Of a DNA stretch of 64,000 nucleotides, positions 28,812 through 37,817 are shown in pieces. The notes below the pieces were generated by a model. It searched no databases, was not told the DNA's origin, and saw only the letters and a program-made list of their open reading frames with translations. Each line of letters begins with the position of its first letter. Positions within the stretch are counted from its first letter, which is position 1. A program made the position numbers and the translations under genes. Origin of the DNA: Gemmatimonadota bacterium (lineage in GTDB: Bacteria > Gemmatimonadota > Gemmatimonadetes > JACCXV01 > JAHWKZ01); the NCBI GenBank assembly GCA_050732935.1, contig JBOHRW010000217.1, positions 398 through 64,397 on the forward strand, given 5' to 3'.

Positions 28812-29700
28812 CGCCCTGACCACCCTCCCTCCCCGGGCCGGGGGCACCGACGTCGATCGGACAGGCCGGCTCCGGACCTGGGGCCGCTTCCTGCGCTTCG
28901 AGCACACGCTCTTCTCGCTCCCGATGCTGTTCGCCGGTGTCCTGCTGGGCGCCGGTCTCGACCCGCCGGGGCGGCTCCTGCTGCTGGTGCTGGTGGCCGG
29001 GATCGGCGCCCGTACGGCGGCGCTCGGGCTGAATCGCATCATCGACCGGCGGCTGGACGCCGAGAACCCGAGGACGGCCTCGCGCGAGCTCCCGAGCGGC
29101 GCGCTCGGGCTGGGCGAGGCGCGGGGACTCACGGCGGCCGGGATGGTGGTCTATCTGGGGGCGGCATGGCTCCTGGACCCCGTGTGCCTCGTCCTCGCGC
29201 CGATCCCGTTGGCCGTGTTCGTTGCGTATCCCTACCTCAAGCGCGTCACACCCTGGTGCCACCTGGGCGTCGGGTTGGGGCTCGCCATGGCGCCTCTCGG
29301 GGGATGGTTCGCCGCCCGGCTCTCGTTCGACGGTGTCGAGACGGCGCTTCTTCTGGCCGGCTTCACGCTGGCCTGGGTGGCCGGCTTCGACGTCATCTAC
29401 AGCACGCTCGACGAGGGTCACGACCGGGCCGCCGGCATCCGGTCGCTGCCCGCCCGCTACGGTCGCTCCGCCGCCCTCGGGATCTCGCGGTGGCTGCACG
29501 TGACGGCCTGGCTGCTGTTGGCCGCGCTCGTCTTCGGGTGGCTGGCCTGGCCTCCGGCGCTCCTGCCCCTCCTCGGCGTGGGCGTCCTGCTCGCCTGGGA
29601 GCAGAAGAAGGCCGACGACATCGATCTCGCCTTCTTCCGCATCAACGTGTGGGTCGGCTTTGTCGCCCTGGGGACGGTCGCGGCCGGGGCGTCGCTCTAG
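28786..29700 (+). CDS. mqnP: UbiA-family prenyltransferase (MqnP-like, futalosine-pathway menaquinone prenyltransferase)
   Basis: AGGAGG lies 6 nt before GTG 28786. NRIIDRRLDAENPRTASRELPSG (NxxxDxxxD) plus a second Asp-rich motif DVIYSTLDEGHD. Nine TM helices. Lies next to the ubiX/ubiD-like genes. Confidence 0.75.
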   Translation: MKIPAGSPDALTTLPPRAGGTDVDRTGRLRTWGRFLRFEHTLFSLPMLFAGVLLGAGLDPPGRLLLLVLVAGIGARTAALGLNRIIDRRLDAENPRTASRELPSGALGLGEARGLTAAGMVVYLGAAWLLDPVCLVLAPIPLAVFVAYPYLKRVTPWCHLGVGLGLAMAPLGGWFAARLSFDGVETALLLAGFTLAWVAGFDVIYSTLDEGHDRAAGIRSLPARYGRSAALGISRWLHVTAWLLLAALVFGWLAWPPALLPLLGVGVLLAWEQKKADDIDLAFFRINVWVGFVALGTVAAGASL

Positions 29701-29824
29701 GGTCCCGAGTCAGATCGCGCGACTTTTGACTCGCCACAAGTGTTTCCCCCCCCCAGAACCGAAGCGGGCGACGCCCGGTGTCGGGCACCGCCCGCTGGCG
29801 TCAAGGGAGGGTCCTGGGCTTTGC

Positions 29825-30667
29825 CTACTGCACCGTCACGCTGGTCGTGTCAGCCAATCCGCCGGACTCGGCCACGACCCCGGTCGAACCCGCCGCCACA
29901 CCGGTGACCAGGCCGGTCCCGTCCACCGTGGCCACCAGCGAATCCTGCGACGAGAAGGTCACCGACGGATCGGTGATCGCCGCCCCGGTCGTGTCCTGGA
30001 CCGTGACGGTCAGCCGCGAGGTGTCGGCCACCGCGAGGGTGAGGGAATCCGGAGCCAGCGTGACCAAGCCGACCGCCGCGCCCGCCTGCACCGTGACGCC
30101 GACCTGCGCGGTCAGCCCCTCCGTCTCGACGGTGATCACGGCGTCTCCTTCGGCCATGCCCGTGATCACGCCGCTCTCGTCCACGGTCGCGACCGTCTCG
30201 TCCGAGCTGGTGAAGGTGATCACGGGATTCACGACGGGAACATCGTCGCTATCAAGCACCGTAACGGTCACGTCCTGGGTCTCGTCGATCGCCAGCGTCA
30301 CGTCGCTCGGCTCGACGGAGAGAGCGGCCGCTTCGCGCACGAAGATCGTGGCCGTCGCGGTCTGAGGGCCCGCTTCGGCCGTGATGGTGGCCGTGCCCGG
30401 CCCCTGGGCGGTGACCAGACCGGTGCTGGATACCGTGACCACGCTCTCGGCGCTGCTCGTGAACGTCACGTCCGCGTCGAGCGTATCGCCGCCCGAGCCC
30501 ACGACGATCGCCTGCAGCTGGACGGTCTCGGACACCGACAGGCTGTCGGCGCTGGGCTCGAGGACGATCGAGCCAACGGGAGGACTCACGGGATCGTCCT
30601 CGCAGGCCACGGCGAGCATGGAGACGAGCGCGAGCGCCGCGGCTCCGATGGCGGTTCGGGATCGCAT
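29825..30667 (-). CDS. lipoprotein with three tandem Big_2 domains
   Basis: MRSRTAIGAAALALVSMLAVACEDD lipobox. Three repeats of the type TFTSS.E.VATVD..G.VT....G.A.ITVE. Confidence 0.65.
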   Translation of the reverse strand: MRSRTAIGAAALALVSMLAVACEDDPVSPPVGSIVLEPSADSLSVSETVQLQAIVVGSGGDTLDADVTFTSSAESVVTVSSTGLVTAQGPGTATITAEAGPQTATATIFVREAAALSVEPSDVTLAIDETQDVTVTVLDSDDVPVVNPVITFTSSDETVATVDESGVITGMAEGDAVITVETEGLTAQVGVTVQAGAAVGLVTLAPDSLTLAVADTSRLTVTVQDTTGAAITDPSVTFSSQDSLVATVDGTGLVTGVAAGSTGVVAESGGLADTTSVTVQ

Positions 30668-30884
30668 AGGGGCTTCCTTTCGAATGAGTGACTCGAAAAA
30701 TCGAAGATCGAAGGAGTCAGTATCCCTCCGTGACCGGCGTTCGTCTGTCATTCAGGCGACGACCCGACCCCTAGCGCGGTGACAACGGATGTGGAGATTG
30801 GGCAGTGGGTCAGCTAAACCGACCCACCAAGCGGAGACGGTCTCCCGTTGCTGCACCTCCGGCACGCCGATAGCTTGCCCTTCG

Positions 30885-31709
30885 ATGCGCACCGTCGTGG
30901 CGATGACCGGGGCGTCGGGGTCGATCTTCGGCCTCGAGCTCATGCGACGCCTGCCGGGCGAGGTATACGCGATCCTCTCCCGCTGGGGGCAGCACGTGCT
31001 CCGCGAGGAGATGAACTTGGGTCGCGAGGACGTGGAAGCGATCGCCACACGTCTCTTCTACGACGCGGATCTCTCCGCACCCCTGGCTTCCGGGTCCAAC
31101 CGGTGGGAGTCGATGATCGTCCTGCCGTGCTCGACGTCGACCGTCGGGAAGATCGCCTCGGGGATCGCCGATTCCCTGGTCACGCGGGCGGCCGCCGTGA
31201 CTCTCAAGGAAAGGCGACGCCTGGTCCTCTGTCCGCGCGAGACCCCGCTCTCCGCGGTGATCCTTCGTCAGCTCGCCGAGCTGGCCCGGGACGGGGTGAC
31301 GGTCATGCCCGTCTCCCCGGGATGGTACGGACATCCAGGGACGCTCGACGATCTGGTCCACGACTTCGTGGATCGCGTTCTCCAGATTCTCGGCGTCGAG
31401 GTGCCGGGAGGCTGGCGGGCGGAGGAACTGGAAGGTGCACGGCGGTCACCGCCAATCGAGAGCGTGCCCGGTGGCAAGGCCGGGACTCGGACTGGAGTGG
31501 CGGAGGGCGATGCATTCGATCTGCTCGATACCTCCATGGTACCGATCTACGCGGCGATGACTCCTTCGCGCCGATTGGCCACCGCATTCGGCGCCATCGA
31601 TTTCATGCGTAGACGGATTCGAACGCACCTGCGGCAGCGGAATCCCGACTGGACCGACGAGCAGATCGAAGCCGAGCTGGCCGCGAGGATCCGGCGTGGA
31701 GCTGGATGA
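30885..31709 (+). CDS. ubiX: UbiX-like flavin prenyltransferase with about 85-aa C-terminal extension
   Basis: MRTVVAMTGASGSIFGLELMRRL...MIVLPCSTSTVGKIASGIADSLVTRAA...LVLCPRETPLSAVILRQL matches UbiX/Pad1. The ORF continues about 250 nt past the usual UbiX end, so the extension may be a separate small gene. Confidence 0.75.
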   Translation: MRTVVAMTGASGSIFGLELMRRLPGEVYAILSRWGQHVLREEMNLGREDVEAIATRLFYDADLSAPLASGSNRWESMIVLPCSTSTVGKIASGIADSLVTRAAAVTLKERRRLVLCPRETPLSAVILRQLAELARDGVTVMPVSPGWYGHPGTLDDLVHDFVDRVLQILGVEVPGGWRAEELEGARRSPPIESVPGGKAGTRTGVAEGDAFDLLDTSMVPIYAAMTPSRRLATAFGAIDFMRRRIRTHLRQRNPDWTDEQIEAELAARIRRGAG

Positions 31710-32259
31710 GCTTCTGGAACATCTGGTCCGCGCGCTGGAGGATCTGAACCTACCTTACGCCTTGACAGGTTCGATCGCGTCGATGGCGTACGGGGAGCCA
31801 CGTACCACCCTCGATATCGATGCGGTGGTGGACGTCTCGCAGGAGAATCTCCCCGGTCTTCACCGGCGATTCCCCGAGCCGGACTTTTTCCTGGACGAGG
31901 TGGCGGCGCGTCGCTTGATCGCCGATCGGCAGCAGTTCCAGATCCTCTGTCCTGCGTCGGGCTTCAAGATCGATATATACATCCCCCGATCGGCACTGGA
32001 CTGGAGTCAGATCCGGGAGAGCAGACGGATCGAGGTGACGTCCGGTCTGGAGGCCAGGCTCTCGCCCCCGGAACAGGTGATCGTCAGCAAGCTGATCTTC
32101 TATCGGGAGGGTCGCTCGCCGAAGCACCCCCGGGACATCGCCTCGATGCTGCGGATCTCGGGCGACACGATTGATCTCGCTGTCATCGAAGACTGGGTGG
32201 AGGAGCTCGGACTCGCCGACACCTGGGCTACCCTACTGGAGCGCATGGAGGAAGCTTGA
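31696..32259 (+). CDS. minimal nucleotidyltransferase-fold protein, paralog b
   Basis: LPYALTGSIASMAYGEPRTTLDIDAVVDV (GS...G..R.T.DIDxxVD motif). 187 aa. Overlaps the ubiX ORF end by 14 nt. Inserted between ubiX-like and ubiD-like genes. Confidence 0.55.
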   Translation: MELDELLEHLVRALEDLNLPYALTGSIASMAYGEPRTTLDIDAVVDVSQENLPGLHRRFPEPDFFLDEVAARRLIADRQQFQILCPASGFKIDIYIPRSALDWSQIRESRRIEVTSGLEARLSPPEQVIVSKLIFYREGRSPKHPRDIASMLRISGDTIDLAVIEDWVEELGLADTWATLLERMEEA

Positions 32260-32266
32260 CCGACCG

Positions 32267-34183
32267 TTGACGTTTCCCGACCTCCAATCCTTTCTGTGGT
32301 TCTGCGAGTCCAAGGGCGATCTCTCCCGTGTCCGGGTCGAAGTCGATCCCCGCTTCGAGATCAGCGAGATCGTGACGCGGGTGGTGCACGCGGACGGCCC
32401 CGCACTCCTGTTCGAGCGGGTCAAGGGCTCGCGCTTCCCGGTGGCCGCGAATGTGCTCGGCAGCGACCGCCGTTGCGCCTGGGCGCTGGGCCGGGAGCCG
32501 GAGGCGATCGGGGCGGAGCTCCTGGCCGCCGCCGAGCGCCTCCTGCCGCCCCGACCGCGAGAGATCTGGGCGGCGCGGCAGGTGCTCTTCCGCGGAAGGC
32601 ACTTCCGGGTCCGACGGACCGCGAGCCCGCCATGGTCCACCGAGGGGGGCGGGCGGTTCCTTCGCGATGACGGTCGTCCGGTCACGCTCGACGATCTCCC
32701 GATCCTCACCTGCTGGCCGGGAGACGGCGGTCCGTTCATCACCTTCCCGCTCGTCGTCACCGAGCATCCGGTCACCGGGGCCCGGAACCTGGGCATCTAT
32801 CGGATGCACGTCTATGACTCCGCCCGCGCCGGGATGCACTGGCAGATCATGAAGGGGGGCGGGTACCACTACGCCGCCGCCGAGCGCCTCGCGCAGCCGC
32901 TCCCGGTGGCGGTCGCCCTGGGAGCGGACCCGATCACGCTGTTGGCGTCGGTGGCGCCGCTTCCCGAGGGCATCGACGAGCTCGCGTTCGCCGGCTTCCT
33001 GCGCGGGACGCCCACCGAGCTGGCGCGCTGCGGCTCGATCGACATCCAGGCGCCGGCGAGCGCGGAGTTCGTGCTCGAGGGCGAGGTCCCGCCGCGGGAG
33101 CGCGCCCCGGAAGGGCCGTTCGGCGATCACTTCGGCCACTACTCCCACGCGGCCCCGTTTCCAGTGTTCCACGTTCGACGGATCTCCCACCGGGAGCGCC
33201 CCATCCTCCCGGTCGCGGTGGTCGGGAAACCGCCCCAGGAGGACAAGGCCATGGGGGAGGCGGTGGCGGCCGTCGTGGGGCCCCTGATCCGCCTCGTCCA
33301 GCCCGAGGTGGCCGGACTACACGCCTGGTTCGAGGCGGGCTTCCACAACCTGCTGGTGGTGGCGGTCCGCGAGCGCTATCGGAAGGAGGGGGTGAAGACG
33401 GCGCTCTCTCTCCTTGGTCAGGGACAGCTCGCGCTCACCAAGGTGGTTGTCGTGGTCGACGACGACGTCGTGACGGACGATTGGGACGCGGTCCTCGAGG
33501 TTTTCCGGCGGTACTGGGCGGCTTCGGAGGACGCGCTGCTCCTGCCAGGCGTACCGCTGGACACGCTGGACTTCACGTCGTTCACCATGAACTTGGGTTC
33601 GAAGCTCGTCCTCGACTGCACGCGGGGCGCCGGTGGGATCTCGGGCGACGAGCCCTCCGCTTCGGTCGAAGGTGCGGCCGGGATCGACGAGCTGCCGGGA
33701 GGTGGGGCGGCGCCGTTCGTCGCCCCCGATGAGCAGGAGGGGCGGGTCGAATCGTGGCGCGCCTACGGAGGGTCGGCGGGTCCCGGATCTACCGATTCCC
33801 GCGAGGCGGCTGGCGCCGCTCTGCTCGTGGTCCAGGTCCGCGAGCGGGACGGCCGGAGCGGACGACGGGTCGCCGAGGCGCTGGCCGCGAGCCCCCGCCT
33901 GGGCCAGGTGAAGTGGGTGGCGGTCGTCTCCGAGGATGTCCCGCTCGACGACCGGACGCTCCTCCTGTGGGGGATCTTCACCCGTTTCGACGCCGCCCGG
34001 GACGTCGTGTTCAGCGAGATGCGGCTGGATGGCGCCTGGCTCCGCTACCGGGGCCGGATGGCCATCGATGCCACCTGGAAGCCGGGCTATCCCGAGCCGA
34101 TCGAGATGAACCCTGAGATCATCGCCCTCGTCGATCGGAGATGGGGGAAGTACGGGATCGGTCGCGGTGCCGGACGTAGCTGA
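32267..34183 (+). CDS. ubiD: UbiD-family decarboxylase (futalosine-pathway type) with long low-complexity insert
   Basis: VRVEVDPRFEISEIVTRVVHADGPALLFERVKGSRFPVAANVLGS..., ITFPLVVTEHPVTGARNLGIYRM. Start uncertain (TTG 32267 is the first in-frame start after the NTase stop). Gly/Ala/Ser-rich insert of about 70 aa near the C-terminus. Confidence 0.75.
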   Translation: MTFPDLQSFLWFCESKGDLSRVRVEVDPRFEISEIVTRVVHADGPALLFERVKGSRFPVAANVLGSDRRCAWALGREPEAIGAELLAAAERLLPPRPREIWAARQVLFRGRHFRVRRTASPPWSTEGGGRFLRDDGRPVTLDDLPILTCWPGDGGPFITFPLVVTEHPVTGARNLGIYRMHVYDSARAGMHWQIMKGGGYHYAAAERLAQPLPVAVALGADPITLLASVAPLPEGIDELAFAGFLRGTPTELARCGSIDIQAPASAEFVLEGEVPPRERAPEGPFGDHFGHYSHAAPFPVFHVRRISHRERPILPVAVVGKPPQEDKAMGEAVAAVVGPLIRLVQPEVAGLHAWFEAGFHNLLVVAVRERYRKEGVKTALSLLGQGQLALTKVVVVVDDDVVTDDWDAVLEVFRRYWAASEDALLLPGVPLDTLDFTSFTMNLGSKLVLDCTRGAGGISGDEPSASVEGAAGIDELPGGGAAPFVAPDEQEGRVESWRAYGGSAGPGSTDSREAAGAALLVVQVRERDGRSGRRVAEALAASPRLGQVKWVAVVSEDVPLDDRTLLLWGIFTRFDAARDVVFSEMRLDGAWLRYRGRMAIDATWKPGYPEPIEMNPEIIALVDRRWGKYGIGRGAGRS

Positions 34184-34301
34184 CGGTCGCACCGGACGCA
34201 GCGCGTGTAATTCCTCGTACGGACCCTTGGCGCCGAACTCCGTAACCTGTGAGCGTTTACCAGCGGACTCCGGGAGCCTGGAACAGACGTGAGGAGATGA
34301 C

Positions 34302-34586
34302 ATGGACATCGACATCAAGCACGACCCGAAGGGACAGCGCTTCTTCGCGGAGCTGGACGGCAAGGAAGCCAACCTCCAGTACAGCCAGTCGGACGAGAAG
34401 ACGCTCGATTACGAGAGCACGTTCGTGCCCGTCGAATACCGGCAGCAGGGAATCGGCGAGCGGATCGTGATCGAGGCTCTCGGCTTCGCCCGCGACAACG
34501 GGTACCAGGTGATCCCGAGCTGCCCGTTCGTCCGGCGGGTCCTGGAAGAGCACAGCGAGTACGACGACGTGATCGCGCGCAAGTAG
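34302..34586 (+). CDS. small GNAT-like N-acetyltransferase (about 94 aa, YjdJ/Acetyltransf_CG-like)
   Basis: QGIGERIVIEALGFARDNGYQVIPSCPFV is typical of the short single-domain GNAT-like family. Confidence 0.55.
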   Translation: MDIDIKHDPKGQRFFAELDGKEANLQYSQSDEKTLDYESTFVPVEYRQQGIGERIVIEALGFARDNGYQVIPSCPFVRRVLEEHSEYDDVIARK

Positions 34587-34642
34587 GCGCGACGCGTGAG
34601 CGTGTTGCCCTGCGACAGGACGCCGGCGAACTTCGGCGTCCC

Positions 34643-35797
34643 ATGAACCCGGCGAACGCCACCGCCCACCCGCATACCGCGGCGGTCCTCGACCCCGTGC
34701 GGGTCGAGGCCCCCGCGATCGACTTCCTGGACCCGGCTCTCGAGCGGATCTGGGACCGTGTTCTGGCCGGCGAGCGTCTCGACCACGCTGACGGGATGGC
34801 GTGCCTCGAGACATGGGATCTGCCGGCCCTCGGGATGATGGCCGACCATGCCGCGCGCCGCCGCCACGGCGACAGGGTCTATTTCGTCCTCAACCGCCAG
34901 CTCAATCCCACAAACATCTGCGTCCTGGACTGCGGCTTCTGCGACTTCGCCGCGCGGCCCCGGAACGATCCCAAGGCGTACGAGATGAGCTGGGACGAGA
35001 TCCTGGCCCACGTCACCGACGACATCCGCGAGATCCACATCGTGGGCGGGCTCCACCACCGCTGGCCCTACGAGAAGTACGTCGAGATCGTGCGCCGGAT
35101 CCGCGAGAAGAGCCCCACGATCACGATCAAGGCGTGGACCGCGGTCGAGATCGACTTCTTCGCCAAGATCGGGAAGCGCTCGATCGAGGGGGTGCTCGAG
35201 GACATGGTCGAGGCCGGCCTGGATGCCCTCCCGGGTGGCGGTGCGGAGGTCTTCAGCCAGCGGGTCAGGGAGGAGCTCTTCAAGCACAAGATCGGCGAGA
35301 AGGAGTGGTTCGCCGTCCACGACGTCGCCCACCGGATGGGGATTCCCACCAACTGCACGCTTTTGTATGGTCATATCGAGAGCTACGAGGAGCGGGTCGA
35401 CCACGTCCTCAAGCTACGTGCGCAGCAGGACAGGACGGGTGGCTTCCAGGCCTTCATCCCGCTCGAGTACCAGGTGGGCGAGACGCGGATCGTCGAGCGC
35501 CAGGCCTCGGCCATCGAGGACTTGAGGACGATCGCCATGAGCCGGCTCGTCTTCGACAACATCCCGCACGTCAAGTCGTACTGGGTGATGCTCGGGGAGC
35601 AGACCGCCGAGATGGCGCTGAACTTCGGGGCCACGGATCTCGACGGGACGATCGGGGTCGAGAAGATCGCCCACTACGCCCATGCGGAGAGCGCGGTCGG
35701 CCACACGGTCGAGCGGCTGGTGGCGATGATCCGGGCGGCGGGGAAGGTCCCGGTGGAGAGAGATGCGCTGTATAGGGAGATACGGGCACACGAGTAG
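34643..35797 (+). CDS. mqnE: radical SAM enzyme of the MqnC/MqnE family; by synteny with the mqnP/ubiX/ubiD-like genes most likely aminodeoxyfutalosine synthase
   Basis: NPTNICVLDCGFCDFA (CxxxCxFC radical SAM cluster motif), with a TIM-barrel-like remainder. The MqnC/MqnE assignment cannot be resolved by eye. Confidence 0.75.
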   Translation: MNPANATAHPHTAAVLDPVRVEAPAIDFLDPALERIWDRVLAGERLDHADGMACLETWDLPALGMMADHAARRRHGDRVYFVLNRQLNPTNICVLDCGFCDFAARPRNDPKAYEMSWDEILAHVTDDIREIHIVGGLHHRWPYEKYVEIVRRIREKSPTITIKAWTAVEIDFFAKIGKRSIEGVLEDMVEAGLDALPGGGAEVFSQRVREELFKHKIGEKEWFAVHDVAHRMGIPTNCTLLYGHIESYEERVDHVLKLRAQQDRTGGFQAFIPLEYQVGETRIVERQASAIEDLRTIAMSRLVFDNIPHVKSYWVMLGEQTAEMALNFGATDLDGTIGVEKIAHYAHAESAVGHTVERLVAMIRAAGKVPVERDALYREIRAHE

Positions 35798-35978
35798 GTG
35801 CGATAGGACCCGGGGGCAACCGCCAGGCCTGAGCCCTGTCACGAGTTCATGCGCTTGATCTGATGCGTTTGCAAAGTCAATGAGTTAGAGCTGCGATGAT
35901 ATGCAGCCGCCGTTGGCCCTTGTATGTGGATATACGGAACTAGATATCCTTAGTTAGACTGCGGAAGAGGAGGCTGAG

Positions 35979-36356
35979 ATGAGACGCTGGGTCGGTCGCT
36001 GGATCATCGGGGTCGGCATCATCCATGCTGGGGTCGGAGTCGTCATATTTCGAGAACGCCTGTTGGCGATCCTCCACGACGGTGTATGGAACGCCGTGGA
36101 CGGCCATCCTGGTCGACCGCTCGCGTTTTGGTTCGTATTCCTAGGTTTATTTACGATCGTGTTCGGGAGCCTCGTCGATTCGATGGAAAGCCGCGATCTT
36201 TCGCTTCCCCGCTTTGTGAGTTGGGCATTCTTCGTCTTGGTGGTTCTCGGAATCGTGACGATGCCCGTGGGCGGCGGATGGCTGCTCCTTCCGGCAGGGC
36301 TCGGTCTGGTCGTGCGTTCGTATCGACGAGGAACCAACGCCGCGCCCGCAGTCTAA
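35979..36356 (+). CDS. small hypothetical membrane protein (3-4 TM)
   Basis: GAGGAGG RBS. MRRWVGRWIIGVGIIHAGVGVVIF...LAFWFVFLGLFTIVFGSLV...WAFFVLVVLGIVTM. First gene of the low-GC island. Confidence 0.45.
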   Translation: MRRWVGRWIIGVGIIHAGVGVVIFRERLLAILHDGVWNAVDGHPGRPLAFWFVFLGLFTIVFGSLVDSMESRDLSLPRFVSWAFFVLVVLGIVTMPVGGGWLLLPAGLGLVVRSYRRGTNAAPAV

Positions 36357-36486
36357 CAACCGGTTGCAGCGGACGGTCCGCTCCGCGGCCCGCCGCTGAA
36401 CCGGAGCGTTAGGCCGATCAACTCCAAGGGTTGTCGGCTTCGCGCGATAGTTTCCTGCTTGGGCCTGAGATGCTAGGGGAGGGGAA

Positions 36487-37104
36487 GTGGCCGACAATCC
36501 GCCGTTCGTTACGGCCTACGGAAACATTACAAAGGCCCTGACCAAGATCCAGACAGCGGCTGTACCCCCTCGGTTTACGCAGGACTTCCTTGCCACAAAA
36601 CTGGACCTCAAAGGGGGATCGCCGAAACCGGTAATTCCTTTCCTTAAGCGGGTCGGGTTCTTGGGCACGGACGGGGTCCCTACCGAGTTGTACAAGCGGT
36701 TTCGGAACCCTAAGCAACGCGGACCGGCGGCGGCCGCCGCACTGAAGAAGGGGTACCGAACGCTTTACGAGATCAACGAGTACATCCACGAGGCGAAAGA
36801 TGATGAACTTAAGGGCGTCGTGGTTCAAATGACAGGTGGGGAGCCAGAGTCGAGCACCACAAAGGCAATCATCGGATCCTTCAAAGCGCTTCGGAAGTTC
36901 GCGGCCTTCGACGAGAACGAAGAGCCAGAAGAGCCGGAGGATGTTGAGGAGTCGGAAGAGGAATTGCCTGAAGGGCCCGATAACAAGATCACGACGACGA
37001 AACTTGGTTTGTCGTACGCGATCAATCTGAATCTTCCCGCAACCTCGGACGTAGCGGTGTTCGACGCAATCTTCAAGAGCCTGAAGGAGCACTTACTTAA
37101 GTGA
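36487..37104 (+). CDS. hypothetical protein, possibly DUF5343-like; upstream partner of a HEPN gene
   Basis: 205 aa. ...SPKPVIPFLKRVGFLGTDGVPTELYKRFRNPKQRGPAAAAALKKGYRTLYEIN resembles DUF5343 from memory (not verified). Acidic C-terminal tail. 4-nt GTGA overlap with the next gene. GC is about 52%, against about 69% for the flanks. Confidence 0.5.
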   Translation: MADNPPFVTAYGNITKALTKIQTAAVPPRFTQDFLATKLDLKGGSPKPVIPFLKRVGFLGTDGVPTELYKRFRNPKQRGPAAAAALKKGYRTLYEINEYIHEAKDDELKGVVVQMTGGEPESSTTKAIIGSFKALRKFAAFDENEEPEEPEDVEESEEELPEGPDNKITTTKLGLSYAINLNLPATSDVAVFDAIFKSLKEHLLK

Positions 37105-37700
37105 CCGATGACCACATGGCATTTCGTGACCGGCTCAAGCTCTTTGCAATGAACAATCAGTTACTTGAAAACGGCCTGGATGCGGTGGAGCAAGAGCATG
37201 CCATCGATCTCGGTCGAGGGCATCAGTGGACTGTGGGCCAGGACAAGGACTACTACCCACAACTTGACCAAGCGGTCCGCACGGAGGCGCGTGCAATGGC
37301 GCCGCACTACGAGATTTTCTACTCGCTCGAGAATTCGATTCGAAGTCTCATCTCGGAAACACTCGAAGTAGCCGAACCTGCGGGATGGTGGGAGAGCGGC
37401 CGCGTCCCGCCAACGATCAAAGCAGCCGCTGAGGAGACGCGAAGGCGAGAGATTGAATCTGGGATGACGCCACGGTCTGCAGAGCCCCTCGACTTCACGA
37501 CTTTCGGGCAGCTCGGGGAAATCATCAAAACCAACTGGGATGTCTTTGGGGGCATGTTCAACAGCCAGAGAGCCGTTGAGCGCGTAATGGCCAACTTGAA
37601 TACGCTTCGTGGTCCGATAGCTCACTGCAGCCCACTTGCTGAGGACGAAATCGTGAGGCTTCGTCTCAGTGTTCGAGACTGGTTCCGCTTAATGAGCTAA
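37101..37700 (+). CDS. HEPN-domain protein (Swt1-like HEPN, R-x4-H motif)
   Basis: C-terminal ...ANLNTLRGPIAHCSPLAEDEIVRLRLSVRDWFRL carries the R-x4-H HEPN signature followed by a conserved helix. 199 aa. Confidence 0.55.
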   Translation: MTDDHMAFRDRLKLFAMNNQLLENGLDAVEQEHAIDLGRGHQWTVGQDKDYYPQLDQAVRTEARAMAPHYEIFYSLENSIRSLISETLEVAEPAGWWESGRVPPTIKAAAEETRRREIESGMTPRSAEPLDFTTFGQLGEIIKTNWDVFGGMFNSQRAVERVMANLNTLRGPIAHCSPLAEDEIVRLRLSVRDWFRLMS

Positions 37701-37817
37701 TGGCCGGACGCTTACGGCCTAACTCGCTTCAGGAGCCGACCGAGGGCTCGCTGTCGCTCGGCACTCGGCGGGTCAGCAGCAAGATTCGTTGCGCCTTGCG
37801 ATCAGGAGGCACGTCGC

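Noticed and set aside
36418-37092. 224-aa minus-strand ORF in the island
   Set aside because: Antisense to the DUF5343-like gene. Composition (Leu/Arg/Cys-rich) is not protein-like, and the plus-strand gene is translationally coupled to the HEPN gene.
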